The notes beneath the pieces were generated by a model, which was not told the DNA's origin, did no database searches, and saw nothing but the letters and a program-made list of their open reading frames with translations. Made by a program: the position numbers and the translations under genes. A stretch of DNA of 64,000 nt from Mobula hypostoma. Lineage: Eukaryota. Shown one piece after another: positions 38,244 through 50,661 of the stretch (positions are counted from its first letter, which is position 1; each line of letters begins with the position of its first letter). Location: assembly GCF_963921235.1 (NCBI RefSeq), contig NC_086097.1, positions 3,906,001 to 3,970,000 of the forward strand, read 5' to 3'.

Positions 38244-38640
38244 AAACACACACAAAATGCTGGAGGAACTCGGCAGGTCAGGCAGTATCAATGGAAATGA
38301 ATAAACAATCGATGTTTCGGGCTGAGACTCTTCTTCAGGACTGGAAAGGAGGGGGGAAGATTCGGGAATAAAAAGGTGAGGGGAGGGGAAGGAGGGCAGT
38401 TAGAAGGTGATGGGTGAAGCCAGGTGGGCTGGAGGGGACCCAAGGGAGGTGATAGGTGAGGAGCAGAGGCAAGAGGCCAGAGTGGGGAACAGAAGAAAAG
38501 GAAGGGGAAAAATATTACCAGAAGGAGAAATCTATATTCAGGCCGTCAGGTTGAAGGCAACACAGACAGAATATGAGATTGGCCTCATCATGGCCAAAGA
38601 GGAGACCATGGATTGACATGTTGAACGGGAATGGGAAGCC
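38244..38640 (-). mobile_element. Penelope-like 3' fragment (hammerhead-like motif 38307-38342)
   Basis: Homologous to 5995-6490; a similar minus copy lies at about 24352-24730. Confidence 0.7.
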
Positions 38641-38709
38641 CATAATACACTGTATATCCCTTTCATGTCTGCCTGCAAATGTGTAGTCATCTTTTTCTTT
38701 TTCCTTCAG

Positions 38710-38828
38710 GATATCAGTAAAAAGTATGCTTTCTTCAGAAGAACACTTGGTGATGGAAACTGCTTTTATCGGGCACTCAGCTTTGCTTATCTGGAGTCAA
38801 TGCTTGGAAACAACAAGGGAATCAAAAA
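38710..38828 (+). CDS. OTUB2: OTUB2 coding exon 3, catalytic Cys box (RRTLGDGNCFYRALSFAYLE)
   Basis: ttccttcag|GAT ... AA|gttcgt. The OTU catalytic cysteine codon is at 38761-38763. Confidence 0.95.
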
Positions 38829-40282
38829 GTTCGTTGTTTTATTTTAAATTTTTTATTCAGAGATACAGCGTGGAACAGATCCTTCCAGCCATTTAAGCTA
38901 TACCACCCAGCAATCCCTGATTTTACCCTATCCTAATCACAGGACTGTTTACAATGACCAATTAGCTTTCTACTCAGTACGTCTTTGGACTGTGGGAAGA
39001 AATCAGGGCACGCGGAGGAAACTCACACATTCCACGGGCTTTTTCTTGGGCGTTAACCAATGCTAACTTTGTGAAAGTTATTGATGAGAAGGTTGACGCA
39101 CATATAAATATGAACATAAGGTTAATGCCTGCGAGCAGAATTATGCAATTCAGCCCATTTAGACTGCTCTGCTATTTCATTGTGGCTGATCCATTTTCCC
39201 CTCAACTCCTTTCTGATGCCTTCTCCCCATAACCTTTGACTCCCTGATTAATAGAGTCATAAAAAAGTACAGCACTGAAACAGGCACTTCTGCCCATCTA
39301 GTCTGTGCTGAACCTTTTAAACTGCTTACTCCCATTGGCCTGCAACTAGGACATAGCCTTCCATACCCCTACCATCCATGTACCTATCCAAACTTCTCTT
39401 AAATGTTGAAGTGAGGCCTACATGCGCCACTGTGCTGGCTGGTTAGATAGATCAGCAACCTATTAACCTCCACTTTAAATGTACCCAATGACTTGGCCTC
39501 TACTGGTGTCTAATTGCTAAGGCTAGGTGCTGTTTTGATCTTTGTTAAAGGGCAGGATTTTCACTCTTATTGCAGTTAAAACAGACATATCCAAGGATGT
39601 GAGATGAGAGGAAGGCTCAAAGGCTTTGTGCTTTTTTTGTCATAGCTGTTTTGCCATCAGTGCTTGAGTACAAAGCATGATAGCAGAAAACAATAGTCAC
39701 AACAAATATTATATAGCCCAAGTCCCTGAGTGGCATGGCCTGTAGATTGATTTTGTATGGGATGTCCTGCAGCCATGTTTCTGCCAGAACAAGCGCACAG
39801 CAGTTTTTCTTTTTGTGCTGGTGAATGGAGATGAGAAGGAACTTCTTTAGCCAGAGGGTGGTGAATCTGTGGTATTCGTTGCCATGGGAGGCTGTGGAGG
39901 TCACATCATTGAGTATATTTAAAGCAGAGGTCAATAGGTTCTTAGTTAGGCAGGGTGTCAAAGGGTACAGAGAGAAGGCAGGAGAAAGGGGTTGAGATAG
40001 ATAATAAATAAGCCATGATAGAATGGCAGATCTGACATGGGCTAAGTGGCCCATTTCTGTTCCGATATCTTGTGGTCTTACGGCCAGTGCAGCTGCAGGC
40101 GAATGCAATCTGGCTTGTCTTCCATTGAGCGAACACTGGAGGGCAGCACTGATGGGATGGGCCGGCCAGACCCCAACCCAGTCAGAGCTGTTAGTGAACA
40201 GATGTTAAAATCCTGGCTTTGCCAAGTATGGTGCTCATGTAATAATACCATAACCTATCTAATATGAATTGTTTTTATTCAG

Positions 40283-40367
40283 ACTTCGACAAAATTTAAT
40301 ACAGAGTAGAGAAGACCTTCTGGCTGCTGGATTTGCTGAAAAAACATTTGAAAATTCTTTCAGCACT
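40283..40367 (+). CDS. OTUB2: OTUB2 coding exon 4 (LRQNLIQSREDLLAAGFAEKTFENSFST)
   Basis: tttttattcag|A ... ACT|gtaagt. 85 nt, phase 2 to 0; DLLAAGF motif as in OTUB2. Confidence 0.92.
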
Positions 40368-41489
40368 GTAAGTATTTCATTTCTGAAACGTGGTAAATTT
40401 AAGATTTTATTAGTCTTCTGTCTCAACTACTCAAAATGTCACATTTGATAATGTAATGGGATTTGACCCTGTAATCATCTGCAGTAGTGATTTCAACTGG
40501 AGGTCTGCTTGGCTAAAAAATGATCTGTCCAGGCAAATCTAAAGCCAACCCAGAATGAACCTAAAAGGGCATACAGTTACCGTTCTTGATGCTTATCGAA
40601 CATGATTAGGTCCTGTTGGGTTCAAGTCAGGTTGCCAACCTCTACTGAACCAGGGTGCATTTAAGACCATAAGCTATACGAGCAGAATTAGGCCATTTGG
40701 CCCATCGAGTCTGTTCTTCCATTTCAGCATGGCTGATCTATTTCCCTCTTGGCCCCAAATCTCCCCGTATCCCTTCATGCCCTGACCAATCAAGAATCTA
40801 TGAGCCTCTACCTTAAATATACATAAAGGCTTGGCCTCCATAGCCGCCTGTGGCAATGAATTCCACAGATTCACCACACATGCGCGTGTACCTACAGCTC
40901 AGAGACTGCAGCGGTTCAAGAACGCAGCTCAATGCCAGCTTCTCAAGGATAACTAGGGATGGGCAATAAATGCTGACTTGATGGCAATGCCCACATCCTG
41001 TAAATGAATAAAAATGTTTAAAAATGTGAAGAAATTCCTCCTCGTCTCCTCGTATCCATTCTAGACTTGCATTGAGCTAGCTGCTATCTGGTTTGAAGGA
41101 CTGATGAAGGGTCTTGGTCTGAAATGTTGACTGTACGCTTTCTCCTTGGATGCTGCCTGGCCTGCTGAGTTCCTCGTATGCTTATTTTCTAGCCCACCAG
41201 CCTCTACATTCAGTGTCATTTCTGTCACCTTCAGCAGGATTCTATCACCAGTTGTGCCTTTTCTTCCCTTCCCCTTTCAGTTATTGTGGAGGGAATAGAC
41301 CCTTTGAGATTCACTGGTCCAACCTTCCATCTCCGTCCGCGTTCTTTTTATGTAGGAGATGTAACATCTGTCCTTTTTTGTCACTCCTTCCAAGCATTCG
41401 GGGACCCAAAATTTCCTTCCAGGAGAAGCAATGGTTCACTTGGACTTCCACCACTTTAATATACTGGGTGCGCACAATATGGTGTCCTA

Positions 41490-42045
41490 GAGTCACAGAA
41501 CACTACAGCACAGAAATAGGCCCTTCGGCCTTTCTAGTCTCTGCCGATCTTTTAATCTGCCTTATCCCATCATCGTACACCTGGACCATAGCCCTTCATA
41601 CCCCTCCACCCATGTACTTAAGTTAAATATTGAAATCAAACCGGCATCCATCACTTGCGCCAGCAGCTCGTTCCACTATCTCACTACCGTCTGAGTGAAG
41701 AAGTTCCCCCTCATGTTCTCCTTAAATATTTCATCTTTCACCCTTAACCCATGACCTCTGGTTTTTTTTTCTCCCCTTGCCTCAGTGGAAAAAACCTACT
41801 TGCATTCACTCTATACCCCTCATAATTTTGTATATCTCTATCAAATCTCCCCTCATTCTTCTACGCTCTAGAGAATAAAGTCCTAACTCTTTCACCCTTT
41901 CCCTATAGCCCAGGTCCTCATGTCCCAACAACAGCCTTGTAAATTTTCTTTGCACTCTTTCAATCTTACATCTTTTCTTGGGTATGTGACCAAAACCGTA
42001 CACAATACTCCAAATTTGGCCTCACCAACTTCAATGTAACATCCC
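41490..42045 (-). mobile_element. CR1 3' end
   Basis: IERVQRKFTRLL.G...L.Y.ER...LGLYSLERRRMRGDLIEIYKIM. Confidence 0.8.
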
Positions 42046-43260
42046 ACTCTGAGTAATTCAGATGAAGATTGGGTGAAAGTTTTTCATTCGGTCCACAAGT
42101 TTAGTTCTCCATCCTACTCCTACTCTGATTTCAGTCCTGTACCTCCAATGATTCTCCTGAAATGCCTGAACTCAGCTTAAGGAACAGTTCTTCATCTCAC
42201 ATCAGAGCAGTTAAATTGAATTTGATGCTGAATTTAAGTTTCTTTTTCTGTAAGCTTATCTCAGTTTTAGTTTCCTCTCCAACTCTGTTAAATTATTTCC
42301 TTGAAAATTATGATCTGAAACTTATCATAGATGGTATGTTTTTTTTCCGCTACACTCTCCAACTTACAATACCATTTCTCTCACTTTTCAAGGTCAGATC
42401 AAAGTGTAGCGGTTAGCGTGACGCTATTACAGCTCAACTCCAGTGTTCTGTACAAGAGCATTGGTACGTCCCTTCCTGTGAGCACATGTCTTTCCTCCAG
42501 GTGCTCCAGTTTCCTACCACAGTCTAAAGACATAACTGTAGGTAGGCTAATTGGTCATTGTAAATTGTCCTGTGATTAGTCTAGGGTTAAATCAGTGGAT
42601 GGCTGGATGGTGTGGCTCATTGGGCTGGAAGGGCTTATTCCGCACTGTATCTTTAAACAGAAAAATAAAATAGACATTGCTTCTATTTTCTCCACCGCAC
42701 TGTCCAACTTGAATAATATTTATCTCGCTTTTCAAATTCTGATCAAGAAACATTTGACCTAAAAGGGAAAGTTTCTTTCCTGCAGATGCTGCTTTACTTC
42801 CAGCATTTTGCATTTTTGTTTTGGATTTACAGCATCTGCAGCTTCCCCCCGCCCCCCTCAATGGAAATCTTTTCTTTCTGGTGCTTTTGATAGTATGCAA
42901 TCCTAGACAATTTAAAGATACAGTGCAGTTAGTGACCCTCTCAGCATAACAAGCCTGTGTCACCCAATTACACCCACATGACTAACTTACAAACCCGTAT
43001 GTCTTTAGGGAAATGGGAGAAAACCGAAGCACCCAGAGGAGACCCACATGGTCATGGGTGAATGTAAAAACTTTTACTTAAAATACTACCACACTCATCT
43101 ATTGAGATGTTCCCCCAACTAATGATCTCACTTTAAGGACTCTTTATCGTGCTACTTCATTCTGGACAGTGGTTGCAATTGAACCAGGGTCACCACCACG
43201 GCTGTAAAGCATTAAGCAAACCGCTACGCTACTGTGCCATCCTAATATCTAACATACCTT

Positions 43261-43480
43261 AACAACAGGAATTCTGCAGATGCTGGAAATTCAAACAACA
43301 CACATCAAAGTTGCTGGTGAACGCAGCAGGCCAGGCAGCATCTCTAGGAAGAGGTACAGTCGACGTTTCAGGCCGAGACCCTTCGTCAGGACTAAGGTCT
43401 CGGCCTGAAACGTCGATTGTACCTCTTCCTAGAGATGCTGCCTGGCCTGCTGTGTTCACCAGCAACTTTGATGTGTGTTG
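43261..43480. mobile_element. Palindromic mini-Penelope (head-to-head pLTR fragments) with a 14-bp TSD
   Basis: Inverted arms at about 43296-43380 and 43396-43480; TSD ATCTAACATACCTT at 43247-43260 and 43481-43494. Confidence 0.85.
43358..43393 (-). ncRNA. Minimal type I hammerhead ribozyme motif (intact core)
   Basis: The reverse complement reads AGUC CUGACGA AGGGUCUCGGCCU GAAAC GUC GACU. Confidence 0.72.
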
Positions 43481-43611
43481 ATCTAACATACCTTGATGAG
43501 TAAAGATCAAAATGAGCTACGGCAATTGTTGTAAATGGAATCTGACGTTTCCTTTTTCTGAAATAAAAAGTGGATTGATACAGATGTTACTGTTAGGTTC
43601 TCTGGTTCCAG

Positions 43612-43806
43612 TTTCTGGATGTGATTGACCTGGTAGAAACGGACGGTTCGGTCTCCAAGCTACTTGCTGTTTTCAATGATCGTGGTGCTTCAGATCATTT
43701 AGTGCAATATCTTCGACTACTAACATCCGCATACTTGCAGAAGCAGTCCAGCTTCTTTGAATTTTTCCTCGAGGGAGGCATAAGTATTAAAGACTTCTGT
43801 GCTCAG
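43612..43806 (+). CDS. OTUB2: OTUB2 coding exon 5 (FLDVIDLVETDGSVSKLL...SDHLVQYLRLLTSA...IKDFCAQ)
   Basis: ttccag|TTT ... CAG|gtcagt. 195 nt of otubain core. Confidence 0.95.
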
Positions 43807-44369
43807 GTCAGTTTTAGAATTGGTTATGTTGACTGGCTTTATTTATTGATGATGGAGCCTACCTTCAAATTTTGGAAACAATTCTTTTTGGTAAATATTA
43901 ATAGACAATATGGCTAATTATGGATAAAGTACGAAGTAAAATGTATTATCAGAGTACATGCATGTCACCACATACAACCCTGAAATTCATTTTCCTGCAG
44001 GCATACTCAGCAAACCTACAGAACAGTAACTGTAAACAGGATCAATGAAAGAGCAAAGATAATAAACTGTGCAAATATATATATAAATAAATAGCAATAA
44101 ATAACAGGAGCATGAAATAACAAGATAGAGTCGTTAAAGTGAGATCATTGGTTGGAGGAACATCTCATTAAATGAGTCTGGTAGTATTTTAAGTAAAAGA
44201 TCCTGAATGTAAGCTGACCTATCATTACAATGCCACTAATGTCATCATTGTGATACTAGACTGTGGTCTGATTCATTGATTCAGTTGTTGCAGTCATCAT
44301 TAGGTTGAAGACCATAAGATATAGGAGCAGTATTAGGCCATTAGGCCCATTGAATCTGCCCTGCCATTT

Positions 44370-47300
44370 CATAGAAAAACATAGAAAACTGACAGCACAA
44401 TACAGGCCCTTCAGCCCACAAAGTTGTGCTGAACATGTCCCTACCTTAGAAAATACTAGGCTTACATATAGCCCTCTATTTTTCTAAGCTCCATGTACCT
44501 ATCCAAAAGTCTCTTAAAAGACCCTATCGTATCCGCCTCCACCACCTTTGCCGGCAGCCCATTCCATGCACTCACCACTCTCTGAGTAAAAAAACTTACC
44601 CCGACATCTCCTCTGTACCTACTCCCCAGCACCTTAAACCTGTGTCCTCTTGTGGCAAGCATTTCAGCCCTGGGAAAAAGCCTCTGACTATCCATATGAT
44701 CAATGCCTCTCATCTTATACACCTCTATCAGGTCACCTCTCATCCTCTGTTGCTCCAGGGAGAAAAGGCCAAGTTCACTCAACCTGTTCTCATAAGGCAT
44801 GCTCCCCAATCCAGGCAACATCCTTGTAAGTCTCCTCTGCACCGTTTCTATGGCTTCCACATCCTTCCTGTAGTGAGGCGACTAGAATTGAGCACAGTAC
44901 TCCAAGTGGGGTCTGACCAGGGTCCTATATACCTGCAACATTACCTCTCGGCACCTGAATTCAATTCCACGATTGATGAAGGCCAATACACCGTACACCT
45001 TCTTAACCAGAGAGTCAACCTGCACAGCTGCTTTGAGTGTCCTATGGACTCGGACCCCAAGATCCCTCTGATCCTCCATACTGCCAAGAGTCTTACCATT
45101 AATACTATATTCTGCCATCATATTTGACCTACCAAAATGAACCACTTCACACTTATCTGGGTTGAACACTATCTGCCACTTCTCAGCCCAGTTTTGCATC
45201 CTATCAATGTCCTGCTGTAACCTCTGACAGCCCTCCACACTATCCACAACACTCCCAACCTTTGTGTCATCAGCAAATTTACTAACCCAACCCTCCACTT
45301 CCTCATCCAGGTCATTTTTAAAAATCACCCAGTCTTGCTGAAATCCATATACACTACATCTACGGCTCTACCTTCATCAATGTGTTTAGTCACATCCTCA
45401 AAAAATTCAATCAGGCTCGTAAGGCACGACCTGCCCTTGACAAAGCCATGCTGACTATTCCTAATCATATTATACCTCTCCAAATGTTCATAAATCCTGC
45501 CTCTTCAGGGTCTTCTCCATCAACTTACCAACCACTGAGGTAAGACTCACTGGTCTATAATTTCCTGGACTATCTCTACTCCCTTTCTTGAATAAACGAA
45601 CAACATCTGCAACCCTCCAATCCTCCGGAACCTCTCCCATCCCCATTGATGACGTAAAGATCATCGCCAGAGGCTCAGAAACCTCCTCCCTCGTCTCCCA
45701 CGGTAGCCTGGGGTACATCTCATCTGGTCCCGGTGACTTATCCAACTTGATGCTTTCCAAAAGCTCCAGCACATTCTCTTTCTTAATATCTACATGCTCA
45801 AGCTTTTCAGTCCGCTGCAAATCATCACTACAGTCACCAAGATCCTTTTCCATAGTGAATACTGAAGTATTCATTAAGTACCTCTGCTGTTTCCTCCGGT
45901 TCCATACACACTTTTCCATAGGTCCTATTCTTTCATGTCTTATCCTCTTGCTCTTCACATACTTGTAGAATGCCTTGGGGTTTTCCTTAATCCTGCCCGC
46001 CAAGGCCTTCTCATGGCCCCTTCTGGCTCTCCTAATTTCCTTCTTAAGCTCCTTCCTATTAGCCTTATAATCTTCTAGGTCTGCTTATATGGTTATCTCT
46101 AACATTATCCAGCTCTGTGAACCTTTTGTAAGCTTCTCTTTTCTTCTTGACTCGATTTATTACAGTCTTTGTACACCACGGTTCCTGTACCCTACCATAA
46201 CTTCCCTGTCTCATTGGAACATACCTCTGCAGAACTCCACACAAATATTCCCGAACATTTGCCACATTTCTTCCATACTTTTCCCCGAGAATGTTTCCAA
46301 TTTAAGCTTCCAATTTCCTGTCTGATGGCCTCATAATTCCCCTTACTCCAATTAAACGCTTTTCTAACTTGTCTGTTCCTATCTCTGTCCAATGCTATTG
46401 TAAAGGAGATAGAATTATGATCACTATCTCCAAAGTGCTCTCCCACTGAGAGATCTGACACCTGACTAGGTTCATTTCCCAATACCAAATCAAGTACAGC
46501 CCTTCTTCTTGTAGGCTTATCTACATATTGTGTCAAGAAACCTTCCTGAACACACCTAACTAAGTCCACCCCATCTAATCCCCCTGCTCTAGGGAGATGC
46601 CAATTGATATTTGGGAAATTAAAATCTCCCATCACGACATTCTGTTATTATTACACCTTTCCAGGATCTGTTTCCCTATCTGCTCCTCGATAACCCTGTT
46701 ACTATTGGGTGGCCTATAAAAAACACCCAGTAAAGTTATTGACCCCTTCCTGTCCCTAACCTCCACCCACAGAGACTCCGTAGACAATCCCTCCATGGCG
46801 TCCACCTTTTCTGCAGCCATGACACTATCTCTGATCAATAGTGCTATGCCCCCACCTCTTTTGCCTCCCTCCCTGTCCTTTCTGAAACATCTAAAACCCG
46901 GCACTTGAAGTAACCATTCCTGTCCCTGAGCTATCCAAGTCTCTGTAATGGCCACCACATCATAGCTGCAAGTACTGATCCACGCTATAAGCTCATCCGC
47001 TTTGTTCACAACACTCCTTGCGTTAAAATAGACACGTCTCAAACCTTCAGTCTGAGCACGTCCCTTCTCTATCACCTGCCTATCCTCCCTCTCGCACTGT
47101 CTACAAGCTTTTTCAATTTGTGAGCCAACCTCCTCTTCCCCAGTCTCTTCAGTACAGTTCCCACCCCCTAACAATTCCAGTTTAAACTCTCCCCAGTAGC
47201 CTTAGCAAACTTCCCCGCCAGGATATTGGTACCCCTGGGATTCAAGTGCAACCCGTCCCTTTTGTACAGGTCACACCTGCCCCGAAAGAGGTCCCGATGA

Positions 47301-47566
47301 TCCAGAAATCTGAATCCCTGCCCCCTGCTCCAATCCCTCAGCCACGCATTTATCCTCCACCTCATTCTATTCCTATACTCACTGTCGCGTGGCACAGGCA
47401 GTAAGCCCGAGATTACTACCTTTGCGGTCCTGCTTCTCAACTTCCTTCCTAACTCCCGGTACTCTTTTTTTCCATGACCTCTTCCCTTTTCCTACCTATG
47501 TCACTGGTACCTATATGTACCACGACCTCTGGCTGTTCTCCCTCCCACTGCAGGATGTCTTGGACA
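44370..47566 (-). mobile_element. Long CR1 LINE (ORF1 esterase end, ORF2 APE + RT with frameshifts and a deletion) in OTUB2 intron 5
   Basis: ORFs 47168-47440 (SGNH-like), 46632-47174 (YFNARS, VAITETW, FYRPPNS), 46192-46635 (MGDFNFP, SDHN), 45488-46003, 44882-45328 (KFADDTK) and 44462-44860. Confidence 0.92.
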
Positions 47567-48222
47567 GGATATCATCAAGGCTGATCCATTCTTCTCTCAG
47601 CCCCAATCTTCTGCCTTCTCCCCATTTCCCCTAATGCCCTGACCAATCAAAAATCTATCAACCTCTGCCTTAAATATACCCAATGACTTGGCCTCCACAG
47701 CTGCCTGTGGCAATGAATTCCAGATTCACCACTGTCTGGCCAAAAAGCTTGAAAGATGAAATACCTTTTAGGACATAATCATAATTTTGATCTTCACTTA
47801 ATTGTTCTTCCCTGAGGGACATTTAAGATGCTCACCACCCCATTTTGGAGTACACAAAGTATATCAAAACACTGTATGGAGTTCATTATAGTTTGAGGAA
47901 GGAATCCCTGAGAAATAACTTTATTTTACTTTAGAAAGACTGACTAGTGGTTTTCTATATTGATAGAATTTATTTTTCCTATTTTTGCTTTGGTAAAAGT
48001 CTCATATCCTTCTGAAACAGATCTCAGATTTAAAACTGAAATTTCTGTTCAAAAATATTTAGGTGATTTATTTTGGCACATCCATTAATGTAAAATAGGT
48101 TTGCTATTATAGGATAATTTCTGATAAATTGGTTTGCCGGCTGGGATCATTTTTCTGGGGCCTTGCTGTTTATAGAGCTGGTTTTTATACATATATAGTA
48201 ATACCTAGTTTCTCTCCCTTAG

Positions 48223-48432
48223 GAAGTGGAGCCAATGGCCGTGGAAAGTGACCATATTCATATCACTGCACTGACCCAAGCCCTGGATATATCAATCCAA
48301 GTGGAATATATGGACAAAACAGACTCGGAAGTCAACCACCACATCTTTCCAGAGGGATCTAAACCTTTGGTTTACCTACTTTACAAACCAGGACATTATG
48401 ATATACTTTACAAAGCAAGCAATACCAAATAG
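48223..48432 (+). CDS. OTUB2: OTUB2 last coding exon (EVEPMAVESDHIHITAL...YKPGHYDILYKASNTK*)
   Basis: ctcccttag|GAA. Contains the catalytic His box; stop TAG at 48430-48432. Confidence 0.95.
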   Translation, partial: EVEPMAVESDHIHITALTQALDISIQVEYMDKTDSEVNHHIFPEGSKPLVYLLYKPGHYDILYKASNTK

Positions 48433-49982
48433 TCTTCATTTCACCTTGCAGTTATAAGTCTTCATGCTGTGGGCCATGATTGTTTGGGGAGTGTTCCTTT
48501 GGGGGTGGGGTAAGTAAAATAATCAATGTGAGCAGAATCTTTTGCCATTTCTGACATTCCAAATTAATGTATATTCCCAACCACTGAGTGCATTTATATT
48601 TTTCTTCGATATTAGTGTACAGTCATGTTAATTTAATACACCCTTGCAAAAAAGACTTTCAATCATGCTCTAAATTGAGTTATAAAGTCTTCACCTATTA
48701 GTCTAACATCTTTTTTCTTTTTAAAAGGAACAGGATTGAATTGTTTTTTTTTGTTTATGCAGGGTTTGTGGATTGAGACTCCTCCCTTGTGCCTCCTCAA
48801 ATCAATAGAGAACATTTCTGCTCGGACTTAGTTGTAATTATAAACTCCACAGTGAATTTGTTGTATGCAGCCATGCTGTTGACAATTCATTGTTTCTTTG
48901 CACAACATTGATGCCACCTGCTGGAGGACTTTACACAGTAAATCCAGTTTATAAAACTGGTCATTAATTCAGTTTCACATTCTGCTGCTAACTCTGATTG
49001 TAATCCTATCAATGCAAATGTAAAGAATTTAAATTAGGCTCTGATTTAAAAGTGACTAAACTGATATGCAAACTGATTCTTTGTAGCACATATAAATTGT
49101 GCAAAGTCATTTTAAATGAAATCATTGCTGAGAGAGGCCCTCTGCTGGGGTCAGCCATGGATGTTGCTACCTAGCTGTTAAAAGCAAGCTAAGGGAGTAC
49201 AAAATATGGAGAGCAAGCTGTTGCCCATACAGCAGGCTCCCCCTCTCCAAGCAGCTGATGAATCCAAAGGAATGGCAGAGACCGAATTTGGCACCAGCAG
49301 CATTACTGGAGTTGCCAGTCAGTACTGAACTCAGCATAGGGACTGCCTTCAGGACTGCAGTGCGGTTTTTCCTTGAGGTTTATCCCTGAAGCTTTCCCCA
49401 TGGGTAGGTATAGCCCAAAACAGTGAAAGTTTGAGATTAGCATTTTCCAACCATAGCTGATGAGCCTTATCTGCTTGGAGCGACTGGTTTTAAGGTGCCT
49501 GTTACCTGGCTTTGTCCCTTCTGTCAGTAGAAACGGTTCTACCGGACTCGGTAACTAAGCCACACATGAAGGCCATGAGCTGGACTTGGTTGTCAGAGGT
49601 TATTTGAGACTCACGCCATCGGGAGCATTTAATAGGTAGTGGGAACTTGTCCCTTCTTCCACCTCTGGCTTAAGGAATCATTGTTTACAAGCAAACTATT
49701 GCACAAGTATGTAGCTACTTTGCACCATCCTCCCAGTCTGTCTATATAAGGAGCAGTATGACCTAATTCTTGTCAACTACCTACTTTAATAGCATCTACA
49801 TTGTTCTGTTAGACTTTTAGTATTTTTGTTTACGAGAGTGATCTGGTTGCAAGATATAAAACATTTCATCTTGAAGAAAATACCATCTAATTGAGCACTA
49901 TTCCTATAGTATAAACCTGTTAGTCATTCTTAATAATCGCTAAGAAGTACAATTTTCTAAAACGCTTTAAGAAACTGGGGTG

Positions 49983-50235
49983 CCAGGGTAGCATAGCAAT
50001 TAGCGCGATTTGGAGTTCAATTCCAGCATCCTCTGTAGGCAAGTTTGTACGTTCCTTTCCGTGAGTGCATGTGTTTCCTCCCACAGTCCAAAGACATACT
50101 GGTTAGTAGATTAATTGTACATTGTAAATTGTCCTGTGATTAGGCTAGGGTTAAATCAGTGAATTTCTGGGTGGTGCGGTGCAGTGGGCCAGAAGAGCCT
50201 GTTCTGCGCTGTATCTCTAAATAAAATAAATAAAA
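49983..50235 (+). mobile_element. V-SINE between the OTUB2 and DDX24 stop codons, with an (AATAA)n tail
   Basis: Same SINE core; tail ctaaataaaataaataaaa at 50217-50235. Confidence 0.7.
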
Positions 50236-50320
50236 TGTGCATCCTCTTATTGAGGATATGAAGAGGTTGTCCTAATCTTCATATTGAAGATGACAGTATT
50301 GCACAAGTTCTGATTTTTTT

Positions 50321-50329
50321 TTTATTAAA
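50321..50329. terminator. Candidate polyadenylation signal: AATAAA on - (DDX24), overlapping ATTAAA on +
   Basis: TTTATTAAA, about 118 nt downstream of the DDX24 stop codon. Confidence 0.55.
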
Positions 50330-50443
50330 TGCAATGAATGGTGTACAGCCACTGAATGTGTTACAACTAGCTATTGGCAACATGTTATGTAGTATCAGTT
50401 GGTTAAACAGCACTTCTTTCAAGATACTTGTTCACACAGCCTC

Positions 50444-50661
50444 TCACTTTTTTTTCTGTCTATGCTTTTGAATTGTAGTTAAAGCAGTTTCTTGGCTCGC
50501 CACTGGTAGAGCAGGCAATGCTAGTCCACCAAATAGTGTTGGGTATTTTGTCTTCATGTAGTTCTTGAACACTGGCTGCGAAAGCAGATGTTTTAGTTCT
50601 TTCTTCATTCCTTTCAGCATTCTTTGTCTTTGGTTTTCTTCACCGGCATTATACCCTTCAC
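50444..50661 (-). CDS. DDX24: DDX24 last coding exon (GEGYNAGEENQRQRMLKGMKKELKHLLSQPVF...KTKYPT...QKKK*)
   Basis: Minus strand: ttattttcag|GT GAA ..., phase 1; stop TGA at 50446-50444. Confidence 0.9.

Larger units (their letters stand above)
26843..48432 (+). other. OTUB2: Otubain (OTU family deubiquitinase) gene span, 6 coding exons, 237 aa
   Basis: Exons of 12+93+119+85+195+210 nt join in frame at GT-AG boundaries into 714 nt. The protein has GDGNCFYRA (Cys53) and GHYDILY (His226, Asp228). The short N-terminus and tail-to-tail position next to DDX24 match OTUB2 rather than OTUB1. Confidence 0.88.
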
